Shown: in pieces, positions 20,055-30,743 of the stretch
How positions within the stretch are numbered: position 1 is the stretch's first letter
How the letters are laid out: the number at the start of each line of letters is the position of its first letter
Assembly (NCBI GenBank): GCA_039804105.1
Contig: JBDRZU010000002.1
Span: 358,117-422,116 of the forward strand
Direction of reading: 5' to 3'
Length of the DNA stretch: 64,000 bases
Origin: a candidate division WOR-3 bacterium
GTDB lineage: Bacteria > Hydrothermota > 32-111
The notes under the pieces: model-generated
Seen by the model: only the letters and a program-made list of their open reading frames with translations
Databases searched by the model: none
What the model was told of the DNA's origin: nothing
Made by a program: the position numbers and the translations under genes

Positions 20055-20388
20055 TGGAGGCGGCGGGAATCGAACCCGCGTCCAAAGATAGATGTTCAGT
20101 TCTTCTACATGCTTAGCATCCACAAAGTTATCCTGATCGGCTGGATGCTACCTTTCAGGACTTTTGCCCTTCTCTTTTGGTATGATTCGGGCAGATCATA
20201 CCAGCAGTCAGGATAGATGAAGGTCTTTTCAAAACCCCTGACTGGCTCCGAAAGACCCTGCCGCTAAATTATGCGGCTAAAGCGAAATTGTTGTCTTTTC
20301 TTTTTTGCCGGTTTTTTTACGAGACACCAGCAATCTCGGCATGCTTCCCCTGAACAAGATTATCCCTGTCGAGACCAATTTCGCCCCC
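20055..20388 (-). ncRNA. ssrA: tmRNA; tag (A)DNNFALAA* at 20295-20269; CCA not encoded
   Basis: GGGGGCG/CGCCTCC-A Ala acceptor stem with G3:U, GGTTCGATTCC T-arm, pk1 (CGAGA/TCTCG and TGCTGG/CCGGCA), ALAA tag. Confidence 0.95.
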
Positions 20389-20395
20389 CATTATT

Positions 20396-20423
20396 ATAAT
20401 AACTGAATTTTTGTTTTTTTCAA
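20396..20423 (-). promoter_or_regulatory. predicted ssrA promoter TTGAAA-N16-TATTAT
   Basis: -10 ends 7 nt before the tmRNA 5' end. Confidence 0.65.
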
Positions 20424-20438
20424 CTCAAAAATTTGTTA

Positions 20439-20466
20439 TTGAAAAAAAACTTGTTTTATATATACT
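20439..20466 (+). promoter_or_regulatory. predicted promoter TTGAAA-N16-TATACT for the hybrid kinase
   Basis: Motif divergent from ssrA. Confidence 0.55.
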
Positions 20467-20478
20467 ATAATTAGGGAA

Positions 20479-23400
20479 ATGAAAAATATTTTTCTAAATA
20501 GATCAAACCTTTTAAAATTTATTATCTTGATAAACTCTTTAATTTTGTTCATATTCATTTTGATATTTTTAAAACTGATAAATTTTGTCAAAGAGGAAGA
20601 GGATAAAAAGATCTTCAATTCTCTTGAACATAATTCTGAATTTTTTAAAATAAAAAGACAAAATCTATATGAAGATTTAAGATTTATAAGTTATCTATAT
20701 ACAATAAATGATTTTTTGAAAAACAGTTCAGATCCTTTAGTAAAAATAAGATTTTTAAACAAGGTAAAAGAAATACACAGTGCTTATTCCGAAATAATTT
20801 CAATAACTCTATTTGACAAAGATAGTAAAATAATTTTTAGTGAAAACTATAAAACAGTTTTCGATACAATACTTTTTTACAATTCAAAAATTGAAAAAAC
20901 AATAAAACTTTCACAGTTAAAACCTTATGGTGAACAAGTCATTTTTGATGCTTATATTCCTGTTTTAGATAAAATAACAGAAGAGTTTATTGGAACTATA
21001 AAACTCAATATTGATTTTTATAAATTCTATTCCTTTGAAAAGGGACATTTTTTTCCTTTTAAAGATATAAATACATTTTTTATTCAACTTGATAAAGAAT
21101 CTCTATATTTCTTTCAAATAACCGATTATAAACCTGAGATGAAATTTTACAAAATTTATGATTTTGAAAATATTTTTGAAAAATTTAACTCTCAAAACAC
21201 ATTCGTTTTATATTCAAAAAATGAAAATAAAAAATTTTACTGTTCAATCAAAAAAGTTGATGAGAATGAATATTTCATAGCTTATATTGATTATAAAAAG
21301 TATATATCAAATATAATAAGAGTAATATTATATACAATTATATTTGTTGTATTTGTAACAACATTTATCGATCTGATTTTAATTTTTATATATCTTTTGA
21401 TAAACAATCTTATCTACAAAAAAGAAATAGAAAACAAAAAAGAGATTGAGAAAACAAAAAAATATCTGGAAACTCTTTTAAATTCATCCCCTTTGTATAT
21501 ACTTGATATCACAAGAGATTTGAAAATCAATTTTTTCATCAACGATTCAGCGAAAATCTTTTTCAACTCCGATAAAAACAATTTTGATTTTAAAAATATT
21601 CTTTTTAAAGATGATTTTGTTAAGTTAAAAAATTGTATAGAAAATTTTTATGAAAATAAAGATAAAAATTTTGATTCTTTTGAAACAAAAGTAAAAGTTG
21701 ATCTTGATGAAAGATATTTAACATTTCTTCTTTCTCCCATAAAGGATCAGGATGGAGAGATTTTATCAATTCTTGTTATAATTTCTGACATTACCGATCT
21801 AAAAAATTATGAACTCGATCTTGAAGATAAAAACAAAAAACTTCTATTCACTTTACAACAACTTGAATCTACAAATGAAGAGTTGCAAACATCTGAGGAA
21901 GAACTCCTTGCTACAGAGGAAGAGTTAAAATACCAGATCGAGGAACTTGAAAAGAAGAGCAAAATTTTACACGAGACGGAAGAAAAATTCAAAATCGCTT
22001 TAAAAAACTCAAACATTTCAGTTTTCGTTCAGGATAGAGATTTAAAATACAACTATGGTTTCAACATTCCGGATAATATTCCATTTGAAATGCTTTTTGA
22101 AAAGGTTGATGATGATATTTTCAAAGGAAAAAATGTTGAAAAATTCATAAGGATGAAAAACCTTGCGATCACGAACGGAGAAAAATTTTCAGGTGAGATA
22201 GAACTGATATTTTTCAAAACAAAACATTACTTTTTATACACTATAGAACCTTTCTATTCAAAGGATGAAAAAATTTCCGGAGTTTTAACTGCATTACAGG
22301 ATATAAGTGAAAAAGTCGAGATGCAAAAGGAGTTGATGCAGGTTTTTAAACTTGAAGCGCTCGGAAATCTTGCTGGAGGTATAGCACACGATTTCAACAA
22401 TATTCTTGCAGGAATAATCGGAAACGCAGAGATACTCGATATGAGGATCGGTGAAGATCAAGAACTTTCAAAGTATATCAAAAGTATAATAAAAATTTCT
22501 GAAAGTGCTTCAAAACTCACAAAACAACTCTTATCATTCGCAAGAAAAGGTAAATATCAGAATGTCGATTTTTCAATACATAAAGTCATAAACGAAGTAT
22601 GTGATATACTTGAAAGAACGATAGACAGAAGAATAAGGATCGAACAACATCTGAAAGCGAAACCATCCTCAATAAAAGGCGATCCATCACAAATAGAGAC
22701 AGCGTTGATGAACCTCATAATAAATTCGAAAGATGCCATCATGGAAAAGGGTGGTGATGGTAGGATAGAGATCAGAACAGAATCCATAATCGTTGATGAA
22801 AATTTCAACAGGTTTTTGAACACTAAACTTGAGAACGGAACATATATACATATTTCTGTATCCGATGATGGAATCGGAATGGATGATGAAACAAAAAAAC
22901 ACATTTTTGAACCATTCTTTACAACAAAAGATGTTGGCAAGGGAACGGGACTTGGTTTAGCAAGTGTTTACGGAACGATAAAAAATCATAAAGGATATAT
23001 CGATTTTTACTCCGAGAGATTCAAAGGAACAACCTTTAACATCTATCTTCCTTTATCGACCACAGAGATCGAAGAGGAAGTTGAAAAGGAAGGTGAAACA
23101 ACATTGAGTTTGAACATAAAAAAATCGATACTAATAATAGATGATGAGGAATCGATAAGAAACAGTTGTAAAGAGATTTTCGAAAAAGAAGGACTTAAAG
23201 TTCTAACAGCAAAGGATGGAATTGAAGGAATAGAGATCTTTGAAAAAAATAAAGAAGAAATCGATCTTATAATTTTGGATATGATCATGCCAAAAATGTC
23301 AGGTAAAGAAACTTTTATAGGTCTCAAGAAGTTGGATAGGGATATACCGATTATACTCTGTTCAGGTTATTCGGAGGAGGGGGAAGCTGAAGAGATTATT

Positions 23401-23481
23401 AATATGGGAGTTGAAGCATTTTTGCAAAAACCATACAGGATGAAAACTTTAATAGAAACTATAAAAAAAATCTTGAAATGA
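20479..23481 (+). CDS. membrane hybrid sensor histidine kinase/response regulator (2 TM, PAS, coiled coil, PAS, HisKA, HATPase, REC)
   Basis: AGGIAHDFNNIL, FEPFFTTK, GTGLGL and a C-terminal receiver domain (LDMIMP, KPY). Confidence 0.9.
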   Translation: MKNIFLNRSNLLKFIILINSLILFIFILIFLKLINFVKEEEDKKIFNSLEHNSEFFKIKRQNLYEDLRFISYLYTINDFLKNSSDPLVKIRFLNKVKEIHSAYSEIISITLFDKDSKIIFSENYKTVFDTILFYNSKIEKTIKLSQLKPYGEQVIFDAYIPVLDKITEEFIGTIKLNIDFYKFYSFEKGHFFPFKDINTFFIQLDKESLYFFQITDYKPEMKFYKIYDFENIFEKFNSQNTFVLYSKNENKKFYCSIKKVDENEYFIAYIDYKKYISNIIRVILYTIIFVVFVTTFIDLILIFIYLLINNLIYKKEIENKKEIEKTKKYLETLLNSSPLYILDITRDLKINFFINDSAKIFFNSDKNNFDFKNILFKDDFVKLKNCIENFYENKDKNFDSFETKVKVDLDERYLTFLLSPIKDQDGEILSILVIISDITDLKNYELDLEDKNKKLLFTLQQLESTNEELQTSEEELLATEEELKYQIEELEKKSKILHETEEKFKIALKNSNISVFVQDRDLKYNYGFNIPDNIPFEMLFEKVDDDIFKGKNVEKFIRMKNLAITNGEKFSGEIELIFFKTKHYFLYTIEPFYSKDEKISGVLTALQDISEKVEMQKELMQVFKLEALGNLAGGIAHDFNNILAGIIGNAEILDMRIGEDQELSKYIKSIIKISESASKLTKQLLSFARKGKYQNVDFSIHKVINEVCDILERTIDRRIRIEQHLKAKPSSIKGDPSQIETALMNLIINSKDAIMEKGGDGRIEIRTESIIVDENFNRFLNTKLENGTYIHISVSDDGIGMDDETKKHIFEPFFTTKDVGKGTGLGLASVYGTIKNHKGYIDFYSERFKGTTFNIYLPLSTTEIEEEVEKEGETTLSLNIKKSILIIDDEESIRNSCKEIFEKEGLKVLTAKDGIEGIEIFEKNKEEIDLIILDMIMPKMSGKETFIGLKKLDRDIPIILCSGYSEEGEAEEIINMGVEAFLQKPYRMKTLIETIKKILK

Positions 23482-24138
23482 TCATATCTCGTTAAGATGG
23501 TGTTTGACACTTTTACCCGTTATCATAAAAATCGTATCCTCTGCAATATTCGTTGAAAGATCAGCGATCCTTTCAAGATTTTTTGCAACATCTATAACCG
23601 CGATCTCAATAAGAGAACTTTCCTGACACTTGTTGAGGCCAGAAATCATTTCCTCAACAATTTTGTTTCTTAAAAGGTCAACCTCATCATCCTGATTTAA
23701 AACTTCTTTTGCAAGAGTTATATCTCCATCTATAAAAGATTTTATACTCTTTTCAAACATCTTCTTTGCAACAGAACAGATTTTTTCAAGATCTTTATTT
23801 TTTTCAAAAATCTTTTCTCCTTGTAAACTATCGATCCTCGAAGAGATATTCACACAATGGTCTCCGATTCTTTCAAGATCATTGTTTATTTTCAAAACTG
23901 TAAAAAGTGCTCTCAGATCTGAAGCAACTGGTTGGTTTGTTGCTATTATTGAGACACATTCGTTTTCGATTTCTACCTCTTTTTTGTTCGCAAAGTCCTC
24001 CATCTCTTTGATAACCTTTTCCGCTATACTTTTATCGTTATTCTTTAAAGAAAGTATAGAATTTTCAAACATTTTTTCTATAAACAAAGAGTAGTCGATC
24101 AATTCCTTTTTCAAGTTTTCAATTCTCTCTTTTAGCAT
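23482..24138 (-). CDS. phoU: phosphate signalling protein PhoU
   Basis: QPVASDLR, DLERIGDH and LERIADLSTNIAE motifs. Confidence 0.95.
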   Translation of the reverse strand: MLKERIENLKKELIDYSLFIEKMFENSILSLKNNDKSIAEKVIKEMEDFANKKEVEIENECVSIIATNQPVASDLRALFTVLKINNDLERIGDHCVNISSRIDSLQGEKIFEKNKDLEKICSVAKKMFEKSIKSFIDGDITLAKEVLNQDDEVDLLRNKIVEEMISGLNKCQESSLIEIAVIDVAKNLERIADLSTNIAEDTIFMITGKSVKHHLNEI

Positions 24139-24147
24139 AAAAACTCC

Positions 24148-24903
24148 TTATCCAAAAATTCCTGTTATATATTCTTCTGTTCTCTTGTTTTCTGGTGCTG
24201 TAAACATTTTTTTTGTTTCTCCAAACTCAACTATTTCTCCAAGATATATAAAAAGTGTATAATCTGACACCCTGCCTGCCTGTGCTATATTGTGAGTTAC
24301 AATTATTATTGTAAGTTGTTCTTTCAAAACTTCAAGTAACTCTTCTATTTTTTGTGTTGATTTTGGGTCGAGTGCTGAAGTTGGTTCATCCAAGAGCAAA
24401 ACTTCTGGATCGTTTGCAAGAGCTCTTGCGATACATAATCTCTGTTGTTGTCCACCAGAAAGAGACAAAGCACTATCAAACAATCTATCTTTAACCTCAT
24501 CGTAAAGCCAGACATCTTTTAAACTTTTTACAACTTTTTGATCCAGAAAAGATTTATCTTTTATTCCTTTGACTCTCAGACCAAAAGCAACATTTTCGTA
24601 TATTGAAAATGGAAATGGGTTCGGTTTTTGAAAAACCATTCCTATCTTAGTTCTCAAAAGCGATAGATCAACATTTTTATCGTTGATGTTCATTCGATCA
24701 AAAATTATTTTCCCTTCAACCCTTGCATTATAAAAATCGTTCATCCTGTTAAAAGATCTTATAAGAGTTGATTTTCCACAACCAGAAGGACCAATTATCG
24801 CAGTGACTTTTTTTTCAAAAATCGAAAGGTTTATGTTTTTAAGAACCTGTTTTTCATTAAAATAAAGATTAAAATTTTCAACTTTAATTTTTTCATTCAC
24901 CAT
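24148..24903 (-). CDS. pstB: phosphate ABC transporter ATPase
   Basis: [31 protein letters not shown] and TEEYITG motifs. Confidence 0.96.
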   Translation of the reverse strand: MVNEKIKVENFNLYFNEKQVLKNINLSIFEKKVTAIIGPSGCGKSTLIRSFNRMNDFYNARVEGKIIFDRMNINDKNVDLSLLRTKIGMVFQKPNPFPFSIYENVAFGLRVKGIKDKSFLDQKVVKSLKDVWLYDEVKDRLFDSALSLSGGQQQRLCIARALANDPEVLLLDEPTSALDPKSTQKIEELLEVLKEQLTIIIVTHNIAQAGRVSDYTLFIYLGEIVEFGETKKMFTAPENKRTEEYITGIFG

Positions 24904-25745
24904 TTTCTCTGCCTCCTGAGTTTCTGTCGTATAAGTATAGCCGAAAGATTCAAAATCAGCACAAGCAACAATAGAACGAACGCTGATTTATATGCTATTG
25001 GAACCTGTTTTTCTGGAGAAACTCCTTCGGTTACTAGCCCATAGATATGATATGGAATAGCCATAACTTCACTCGATAAAGATTTTGGTAGTTTCCTTGA
25101 ATACAATGTTGCTGCTGTAAACATTATTGGCGCGGTCTCTCCCGCTATTCTACCCACACTTAATATTAACGATGTTAGAATGTTTGGAAAAGCAATAGGA
25201 ATAGAAATTTTGTATATCGTTTCAAACTTCGAACAACCCAAAGAATATGCTGCTTCTTTAAAAGTTATTGGAACACTTTTTAACGATTCTTCAACAGATT
25301 TGATTATTATCGGTAAAGATAAAATTGCAAGAGTCAAACTTCCCGACAGAAGAGAAACTTCAAGAGAAAATTTTATCACAAAAAAAGATAATCCGAAAAG
25401 TCCAAAAATGATCGATGGTATACCGGAAAGTGTTGTTATAGAGGTTTTTAAAAGGTCAACTAAAAATTTTGGTTTTCCATATTCTGCCAAATAAACCGCT
25501 GTTATAACACCTACCGGAAAAGAGAATATTATTGAAAGGATCGTAAGATAAAATGTACCAACTATTGCTGGGAATATGCCACCTTCCGTCATTCCATTCT
25601 TAGGAAATGTAAACAAAAATTCTGGAAAAATACCTTTATATCCATTTTTAAAAATCGGTACAAGAAAAATCAAGAGTGAAGATATTGTTAAAATTGTTGT
25701 AACATATATAACTATCTCAAAACCTTTTTCTTTAATTTTTTTCAT
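24897..25745 (-). CDS. pstA: phosphate ABC transporter permease
   Basis: [18 protein letters not shown] and RIAGETAP motifs. Confidence 0.93.
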   Translation of the reverse strand: MKKIKEKGFEIVIYVTTILTISSLLIFLVPIFKNGYKGIFPEFLFTFPKNGMTEGGIFPAIVGTFYLTILSIIFSFPVGVITAVYLAEYGKPKFLVDLLKTSITTLSGIPSIIFGLFGLSFFVIKFSLEVSLLSGSLTLAILSLPIIIKSVEESLKSVPITFKEAAYSLGCSKFETIYKISIPIAFPNILTSLILSVGRIAGETAPIMFTAATLYSRKLPKSLSSEVMAIPYHIYGLVTEGVSPEKQVPIAYKSAFVLLLLVLILNLSAILIRQKLRRQRKW

Positions 25746-25746
25746 T

Positions 25747-26622
25747 CTATTCTCTTTTCAAATTTTTTATGAATTTATTTGATACCAATGTTAAAAAAAG
25801 TGTTAAAAACAAAAGAACAAGTGCTATACCATAGAGAACATAAAAATGTGTCGTTCCAACCGCTGTTTCTCCCATCTCAGCAGCAATCGTTGCAGTCAAA
25901 GGTCTTACTGGAGAAAAAATCGAATTTGGAAAATTCATTGCACCACCAGCAACCATAAGAACTATCATCGTTTCACCTATCGATCTTCCTATTCCCAAAA
26001 GGAGCGCTGAAACAAGCGCTCCTTTTGTATAAGGTATAACAACTCTTGTGATAGTATCAAATTTGGTTCCACCAAGAGCATAAGATGCTTCTTTCAAAGT
26101 TGATGGAACTGTTGAGAGCGCATCCTCAGTTAAACTTGAAATTATTGGAATGATCACTATACCGAGTATAAACGATGCTGTGAAAAGGTTTAACCCAGTT
26201 GGAATATTAAAGAATTTCCTGATGAAGGGACCAATGAAAACTATACCAATAAATCCAAATATCACAGATGGTATTGAAGATAAAATTTCGATGAAGGGCT
26301 TTAAAATTTCTTTTGTTTTCAGATTAGCATACTCTGAAAGAAAAATCGCAGAACCAACACCAAGGGGTAAACCAATAAGTATTGATCCTAAAGTCACAAA
26401 AATTGATGAGACGATAAAATTGAATATCCCAAACAATGGAGGATCCATCGTGGGATAATATTTTCTTCCAAAAATGAAGTTTGTAAATCCAACCTCTTTA
26501 AAAGCGATATAACCTTTTGTAAATATATCATAAACTATCAACCCAAGAATTATAATCGAAATCAAAGAGATCGTGTGTATCAAAAATGTTGCAAGACCGT
26601 CTCTTAATTTTCTTTTTTTCAT
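25747..26622 (-). CDS. pstC: phosphate ABC transporter permease
   Basis: SIPSVIFG, GRSIGETMIV and TATIAAEMGE motifs. Confidence 0.93.
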   Translation of the reverse strand: MKKRKLRDGLATFLIHTISLISIIILGLIVYDIFTKGYIAFKEVGFTNFIFGRKYYPTMDPPLFGIFNFIVSSIFVTLGSILIGLPLGVGSAIFLSEYANLKTKEILKPFIEILSSIPSVIFGFIGIVFIGPFIRKFFNIPTGLNLFTASFILGIVIIPIISSLTEDALSTVPSTLKEASYALGGTKFDTITRVVIPYTKGALVSALLLGIGRSIGETMIVLMVAGGAMNFPNSIFSPVRPLTATIAAEMGETAVGTTHFYVLYGIALVLLFLTLFLTLVSNKFIKNLKRE

Positions 26623-26623
26623 A

Positions 26624-27433
26624 TTACTTCAAAGGTATATATCCGGTTTCCTCAACTATTTTTTGACCTTCATCTGAAAGGATAAAATCTATAAATTTTC
26701 CAACATTACCTTTTGGTTTTCCATTCGTATAAAGATACAAATTTCTTGCAATTTTGTATGTTTTGTTGTTAACACTCTCTTTTGAAGGATAAACACCTTC
26801 AACCTTTAGTGCTTTTACACTTTCGTTAACAAATCCGATTCCAAGATAACCTATTGCACCTGGGGTATCCTTTACAGTTGATAGAACCGAATTGTTTGAA
26901 GCAAGAAGGAGAGCATCCTCTCTATATTTCGCATTCTCCAGAACCTTTTCATTAAAAACCTCAAATGTTCCTGATGAAACATCTCTTGAAATCACAACTA
27001 TTGACATATCCTTTCCACCCAACTCTTTCCAGTTTTTTATTTTACCAGTGTAAATATCTTTCAATGTTTTCAAACTGATTTCAGAAACAGGATTTGAAGG
27101 ATGAACAACTATCGAAAGAGCATCGTTTGCGATTATCGTTTCATAAACATTGATTCCATTTTCTTTTGCCTGATAAATTTCTTTCTCTTTAATTTTTCTT
27201 GATGAATTTGCGATATCCACTTTTCCCTCTATAAGGTTTGATATACCAACACCACTTCCTCCACCTCTTACAGTTATGTTTATTGAAGGATTTTTATCCA
27301 TAAACACTTCTGATGCTTTTTGAACGATTGGAAAAACTGTTGTTGAACCAGACACTGTTATCTCATTACCTTTTGGGAAAATCGATAGAATTGATATCAA
27401 TAAGATTAAAATTAAAGTTAATATTTTTTTCAT
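26624..27433 (-). CDS. pstS: phosphate ABC transporter substrate-binding protein
   Basis: GSTTVFP, GGGSGVG, SRDVSSGT and IARNLYLY motifs. Confidence 0.93.
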   Translation of the reverse strand: MKKILTLILILLISILSIFPKGNEITVSGSTTVFPIVQKASEVFMDKNPSINITVRGGGSGVGISNLIEGKVDIANSSRKIKEKEIYQAKENGINVYETIIANDALSIVVHPSNPVSEISLKTLKDIYTGKIKNWKELGGKDMSIVVISRDVSSGTFEVFNEKVLENAKYREDALLLASNNSVLSTVKDTPGAIGYLGIGFVNESVKALKVEGVYPSKESVNNKTYKIARNLYLYTNGKPKGNVGKFIDFILSDEGQKIVEETGYIPLK

Positions 27434-27443
27434 CTTTCACCTC

Positions 27444-28475
27444 CTATTGTAAAGTATTTGAAAATTTCCATTTCATCTGGAAAACTATACCATTTATATC
27501 AACTTTCGTTGTATCTTCATACATCACTCTATCGTATGAAAGTTGCATTATAATTCCATTATCTTTAAAGAAATTGAGATTTGTCCCTGCAATGATCCTT
27601 TGATGTCCATCATTATCAACATCGATGTTTTTGTCCCATTTATCATACCTTACAACAAACTCAACAGGAAGATTTATAAGTTTTTTTGTGTTTATAAGTC
27701 CTATTCCTGAATATCCATTACTGGAAACACTATCAATTCTATTTGAAACATATTCAAAAGATAATGAAAGGAAATTATAATTGAATTTTACAAGTCCAAC
27801 ATAAGCCATTCTCAAACTATCTGAAATTAATGTGTCAACACTTTCAGGGGAGAGTAATGTTTTATCTTCATAGAGTATTGAACCCCCTAAAGTTAAACCA
27901 GCAAAAGGAACAACTCTAAGATTTACAAGAAATGCAGGATTAAGATCAACAGAAGAATCGGTTTTCTTATAACCTTCACCGTTCATAATGGAAAGTGCAT
28001 AAAAGCCAAAACCACTCGGTAAGAGACCATTGAAAGAAACTCCATAATCAGCAGAGTTTACAACTTTTTCCTTATCACTCAACTCTGTTTCATAGACTGG
28101 ATATTCATAATCATACACTGTTCCAAAAAAATTCTTTATCAAACCAAAATTTATCGTGCTGTTCTTTAATGGAAGATTTGAAAAATCAAGATACGCATAT
28201 TTTAAACGAACAGATGCTCCCTCAACACCATCTTTTAATGAAACAAAATCAAGGGTGAATCTTCCCTTTATATCATCACGAAATTTTGGTTCAACTGTAA
28301 AATAACCTCTTGGAGAATAGATCTGGTTTTTTGTTAATACGAATTCACCTTCATTTTCAAAAGTTGCCTGATATCTACTCCAGATTTCAAAACTATATTT
28401 GGTTTCTCCAGCAAAAATAGTTGAAAAAATCAATATAAGCAAGAACAGCAGTGAAAGTTTTTTTATTTTCATCAT
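27444..28475 (-). CDS. putative phosphate-starvation outer-membrane porin, first gene of the pst operon
   Basis: Signal peptide, alternating beta-strand pattern, RLKYAY motif, preceded by a Pho box. Confidence 0.65.
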   Translation of the reverse strand: MMKIKKLSLLFLLILIFSTIFAGETKYSFEIWSRYQATFENEGEFVLTKNQIYSPRGYFTVEPKFRDDIKGRFTLDFVSLKDGVEGASVRLKYAYLDFSNLPLKNSTINFGLIKNFFGTVYDYEYPVYETELSDKEKVVNSADYGVSFNGLLPSGFGFYALSIMNGEGYKKTDSSVDLNPAFLVNLRVVPFAGLTLGGSILYEDKTLLSPESVDTLISDSLRMAYVGLVKFNYNFLSLSFEYVSNRIDSVSSNGYSGIGLINTKKLINLPVEFVVRYDKWDKNIDVDNDGHQRIIAGTNLNFFKDNGIIMQLSYDRVMYEDTTKVDINGIVFQMKWKFSNTLQ

Positions 28476-28501
28476 ACCTCCTTTTTGTTATTTTCAATTG
28501 G

Positions 28502-28544
28502 AATATAAAATAGAATTGTTAATTTTCTGTTAAGATTATGTTAA
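28502..28544 (-). promoter_or_regulatory. Pho box: three TTAACA direct repeats at 11-bp period, plus a -10 TATATT
   Basis: Plus-strand TGTTAA at 28517, 28528 and 28539; -10 at 28502-28507. Confidence 0.8.
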
Positions 28545-28547
28545 ATT

Positions 28548-29609
28548 TTATTTTCGAGATTTGTAAAGAAGAAAGATACTTACAAATAAAAACAAAAAAT
28601 TTGGATAGAGAAATATTAAAAAAGGATTCCCTTCGCTATTCGATGCAGCAGATCTAAATCCCTGTAGAACACCCCAGTATAAAAATGAAAGGAGAACACT
28701 TATTGAAAGTCCAAAAATTATACCTGTATTTTTTGTATTTACAACAAAACTTGCGGATATTATGGATATAATAATGTTAATAAATAAGAAGTAAAATCTA
28801 TATGAAATTTCTGTTTCCTGTTTTGATGGATCACCTTTACTTTTTAAAATTCTCTTCCTTATTTTTAAAAGTTCCGATATCTTATAAATTTCAACATTTT
28901 CTCTATCAAAGATCATTTCATCAGGTTTTACATTCAAAATATCAAACATCTCTCTGCTTTCAAAAGTTTCAAAACGATTTTTTTCAAGATCATAAATTTG
29001 ACAACTCTCGAATATCCACTTGTCATCCCGAAAAACTCCTCTTTTTGCTTGGATGTATACTTTCAAATTTTTCTGATCATCGATCTTGAATATTTCCGGA
29101 TTTCTTATAAGTTTATTTTTAACTGAAAAATATTCTCCCTTTAAGATTGTTTTTTCATCCTGTACAAATATAAAATCCTCTCTGTTGATCTGATCAAACT
29201 CTTTCGATTCCTTTATCTCCTTATATCTTTTTGTTGAATATGTTTCTACATTCTCTTTTAAAAAGAACTGTATGAAAGATAAAATGATTACCAGAAAGAA
29301 TAACGGCAGAAGGTATCTGTAAACCGAGATCCCGCTTGCTTTTATCGCCAAAAGTTCATTATTTTTGATCATAATTCCAACAGTTATAAAAATTGAGACA
29401 AGTATCCCTAAAGGAAAAAGAAGTGTTAAAAGTGATGGTATATAAAAAAGGTATAGAAAAAATATTTCTTTTAATGTTTTTCCCGATTGAATGTAACCTG
29501 AAAGGTTATCAGATATATCAACTATTAAAAATATGAATATGAAGAGAAACAAAACTATAGATAAAAATAAAATAAAATTCTTTAAAAGGTATCTATCAAG
29601 TATCTTCAT
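28548..29609 (-). CDS. lptG: LPS export ABC permease LptG-like
   Basis: MKILDRY, NELLAIKASGIS and YPNFLF motifs; tandem with lptF. Confidence 0.8.
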   Translation of the reverse strand: MKILDRYLLKNFILFLSIVLFLFIFIFLIVDISDNLSGYIQSGKTLKEIFFLYLFYIPSLLTLLFPLGILVSIFITVGIMIKNNELLAIKASGISVYRYLLPLFFLVIILSFIQFFLKENVETYSTKRYKEIKESKEFDQINREDFIFVQDEKTILKGEYFSVKNKLIRNPEIFKIDDQKNLKVYIQAKRGVFRDDKWIFESCQIYDLEKNRFETFESREMFDILNVKPDEMIFDRENVEIYKISELLKIRKRILKSKGDPSKQETEISYRFYFLFINIIISIISASFVVNTKNTGIIFGLSISVLLSFLYWGVLQGFRSAASNSEGNPFLIFLYPNFLFLFVSIFLLYKSRK

Positions 29610-30736
29610 TTTTTAAAAACCTTTAAATCTTTGAAAATAAAATAAAAACAAAAAATCAAAGTCAAAATGTTGGGGAACCAGATCGTTATTACTGGATTTA
29701 AAAATCCGTTATCCGACAGTTGTTCTCCAAGAACAAGTAAAACATAATAGAAGACGAAAAGCATCGTAGAAATCGTAAAACCTATTGCAAGAGAAGATCT
29801 TTTCAACCTTATACCGATTATTCCTCCAAGCAACACGAAAGCAAAAACTCCAAAAGATATTGAAAATTTTTTATGTATCTCAACAAGATATCTGTATACA
29901 GATTTTTTTCTTCTGATATCATATTCTCTTCCCTTCTTGTTATCATAACTCTTATTTAAGTTTTTGATACTTTCTACAAGCATTTTAACACTCATCTCTC
30001 GATCACCTCTTACATCAAATCCACCCTCAACTATATCACCTGAAACTTTGATACTTTGAACGAAAGTGGAAAAAGAGCTCTTTTTATATTTCCCATCGGA
30101 AACGATTTCAAAAATTTCTCCGTTTTTCATATACACTGAGATTTTATTAGCACCCTTTAACATCGAGATATGACCACTATCAGCTTTTATAAAAATTCTA
30201 TCTTTTATGATATTACAACCCAAAAATGAGTTATCATTTTTTATATCATCAAAATAAAAGTGGACTTCATTATCATAACTTTTTTTGAATATCCCTTTTT
30301 CGACATTAACAGCAGGTCTTAGATTCAATACTTGAATGAACAACTGTTTTACCTTATGGTTTGAATATGGAACAACAACATCTGATATTAAGAATGTTAA
30401 AATAAAAAGTATTATCGAAAAAAAAGTTAAATTGATTATGAATCTATAAGGATTTATTCCGGATGATTTCAATGCTATTATCTCAAGATCAGCAGACATT
30501 CTTCCAAAAGTCATAATCGTTGATACGAGCACTGACATCGGTATTGATAAAAATATTATGAATGGAAGGTTGTAAATGAAAAGTTTTAAAACTATCAAAA
30601 AAGGAATACCTTTTCCTATCAAAAGGTTTACAAGTTCAAAAATCCTGTTTACGAGAAGAACAAAAATTATTAAAGATAGTGCAAGAAAAAATGATGGGAA
30701 AAAATCTTTCAAAACCATTCTATCGATAATTTTCAT
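29606..30736 (-). CDS. lptF: LPS export ABC permease LptF-like
   Basis: GRMSADLEIIALKSSG, EIHKKFS and WFPN motifs. Confidence 0.82.
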   Translation of the reverse strand: MKIIDRMVLKDFFPSFFLALSLIIFVLLVNRIFELVNLLIGKGIPFLIVLKLFIYNLPFIIFLSIPMSVLVSTIMTFGRMSADLEIIALKSSGINPYRFIINLTFFSIILFILTFLISDVVVPYSNHKVKQLFIQVLNLRPAVNVEKGIFKKSYDNEVHFYFDDIKNDNSFLGCNIIKDRIFIKADSGHISMLKGANKISVYMKNGEIFEIVSDGKYKKSSFSTFVQSIKVSGDIVEGGFDVRGDREMSVKMLVESIKNLNKSYDNKKGREYDIRRKKSVYRYLVEIHKKFSISFGVFAFVLLGGIIGIRLKRSSLAIGFTISTMLFVFYYVLLVLGEQLSDNGFLNPVITIWFPNILTLIFCFYFIFKDLKVFKK

Positions 30737-30743
30737 AACAAAT

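Noticed and set aside
18133..20085. Island or prophage integrated at the tmRNA 3' end, and the ORF-track start at 20085
   Set aside because: No integrase or duplicated att sequence seen; the extra residues MDAGSIPAAS are simply the translated T-arm of tmRNA
20269..20310. Apparent frameshift in the tmRNA tag (GGC/GCA not in frame with ALAA)
   Set aside because: CCGGCA belongs to pseudoknot 1 (it pairs with TGCTGG); a resume codon GAC 10 nt later gives a normal (A)DNNFALAA tag
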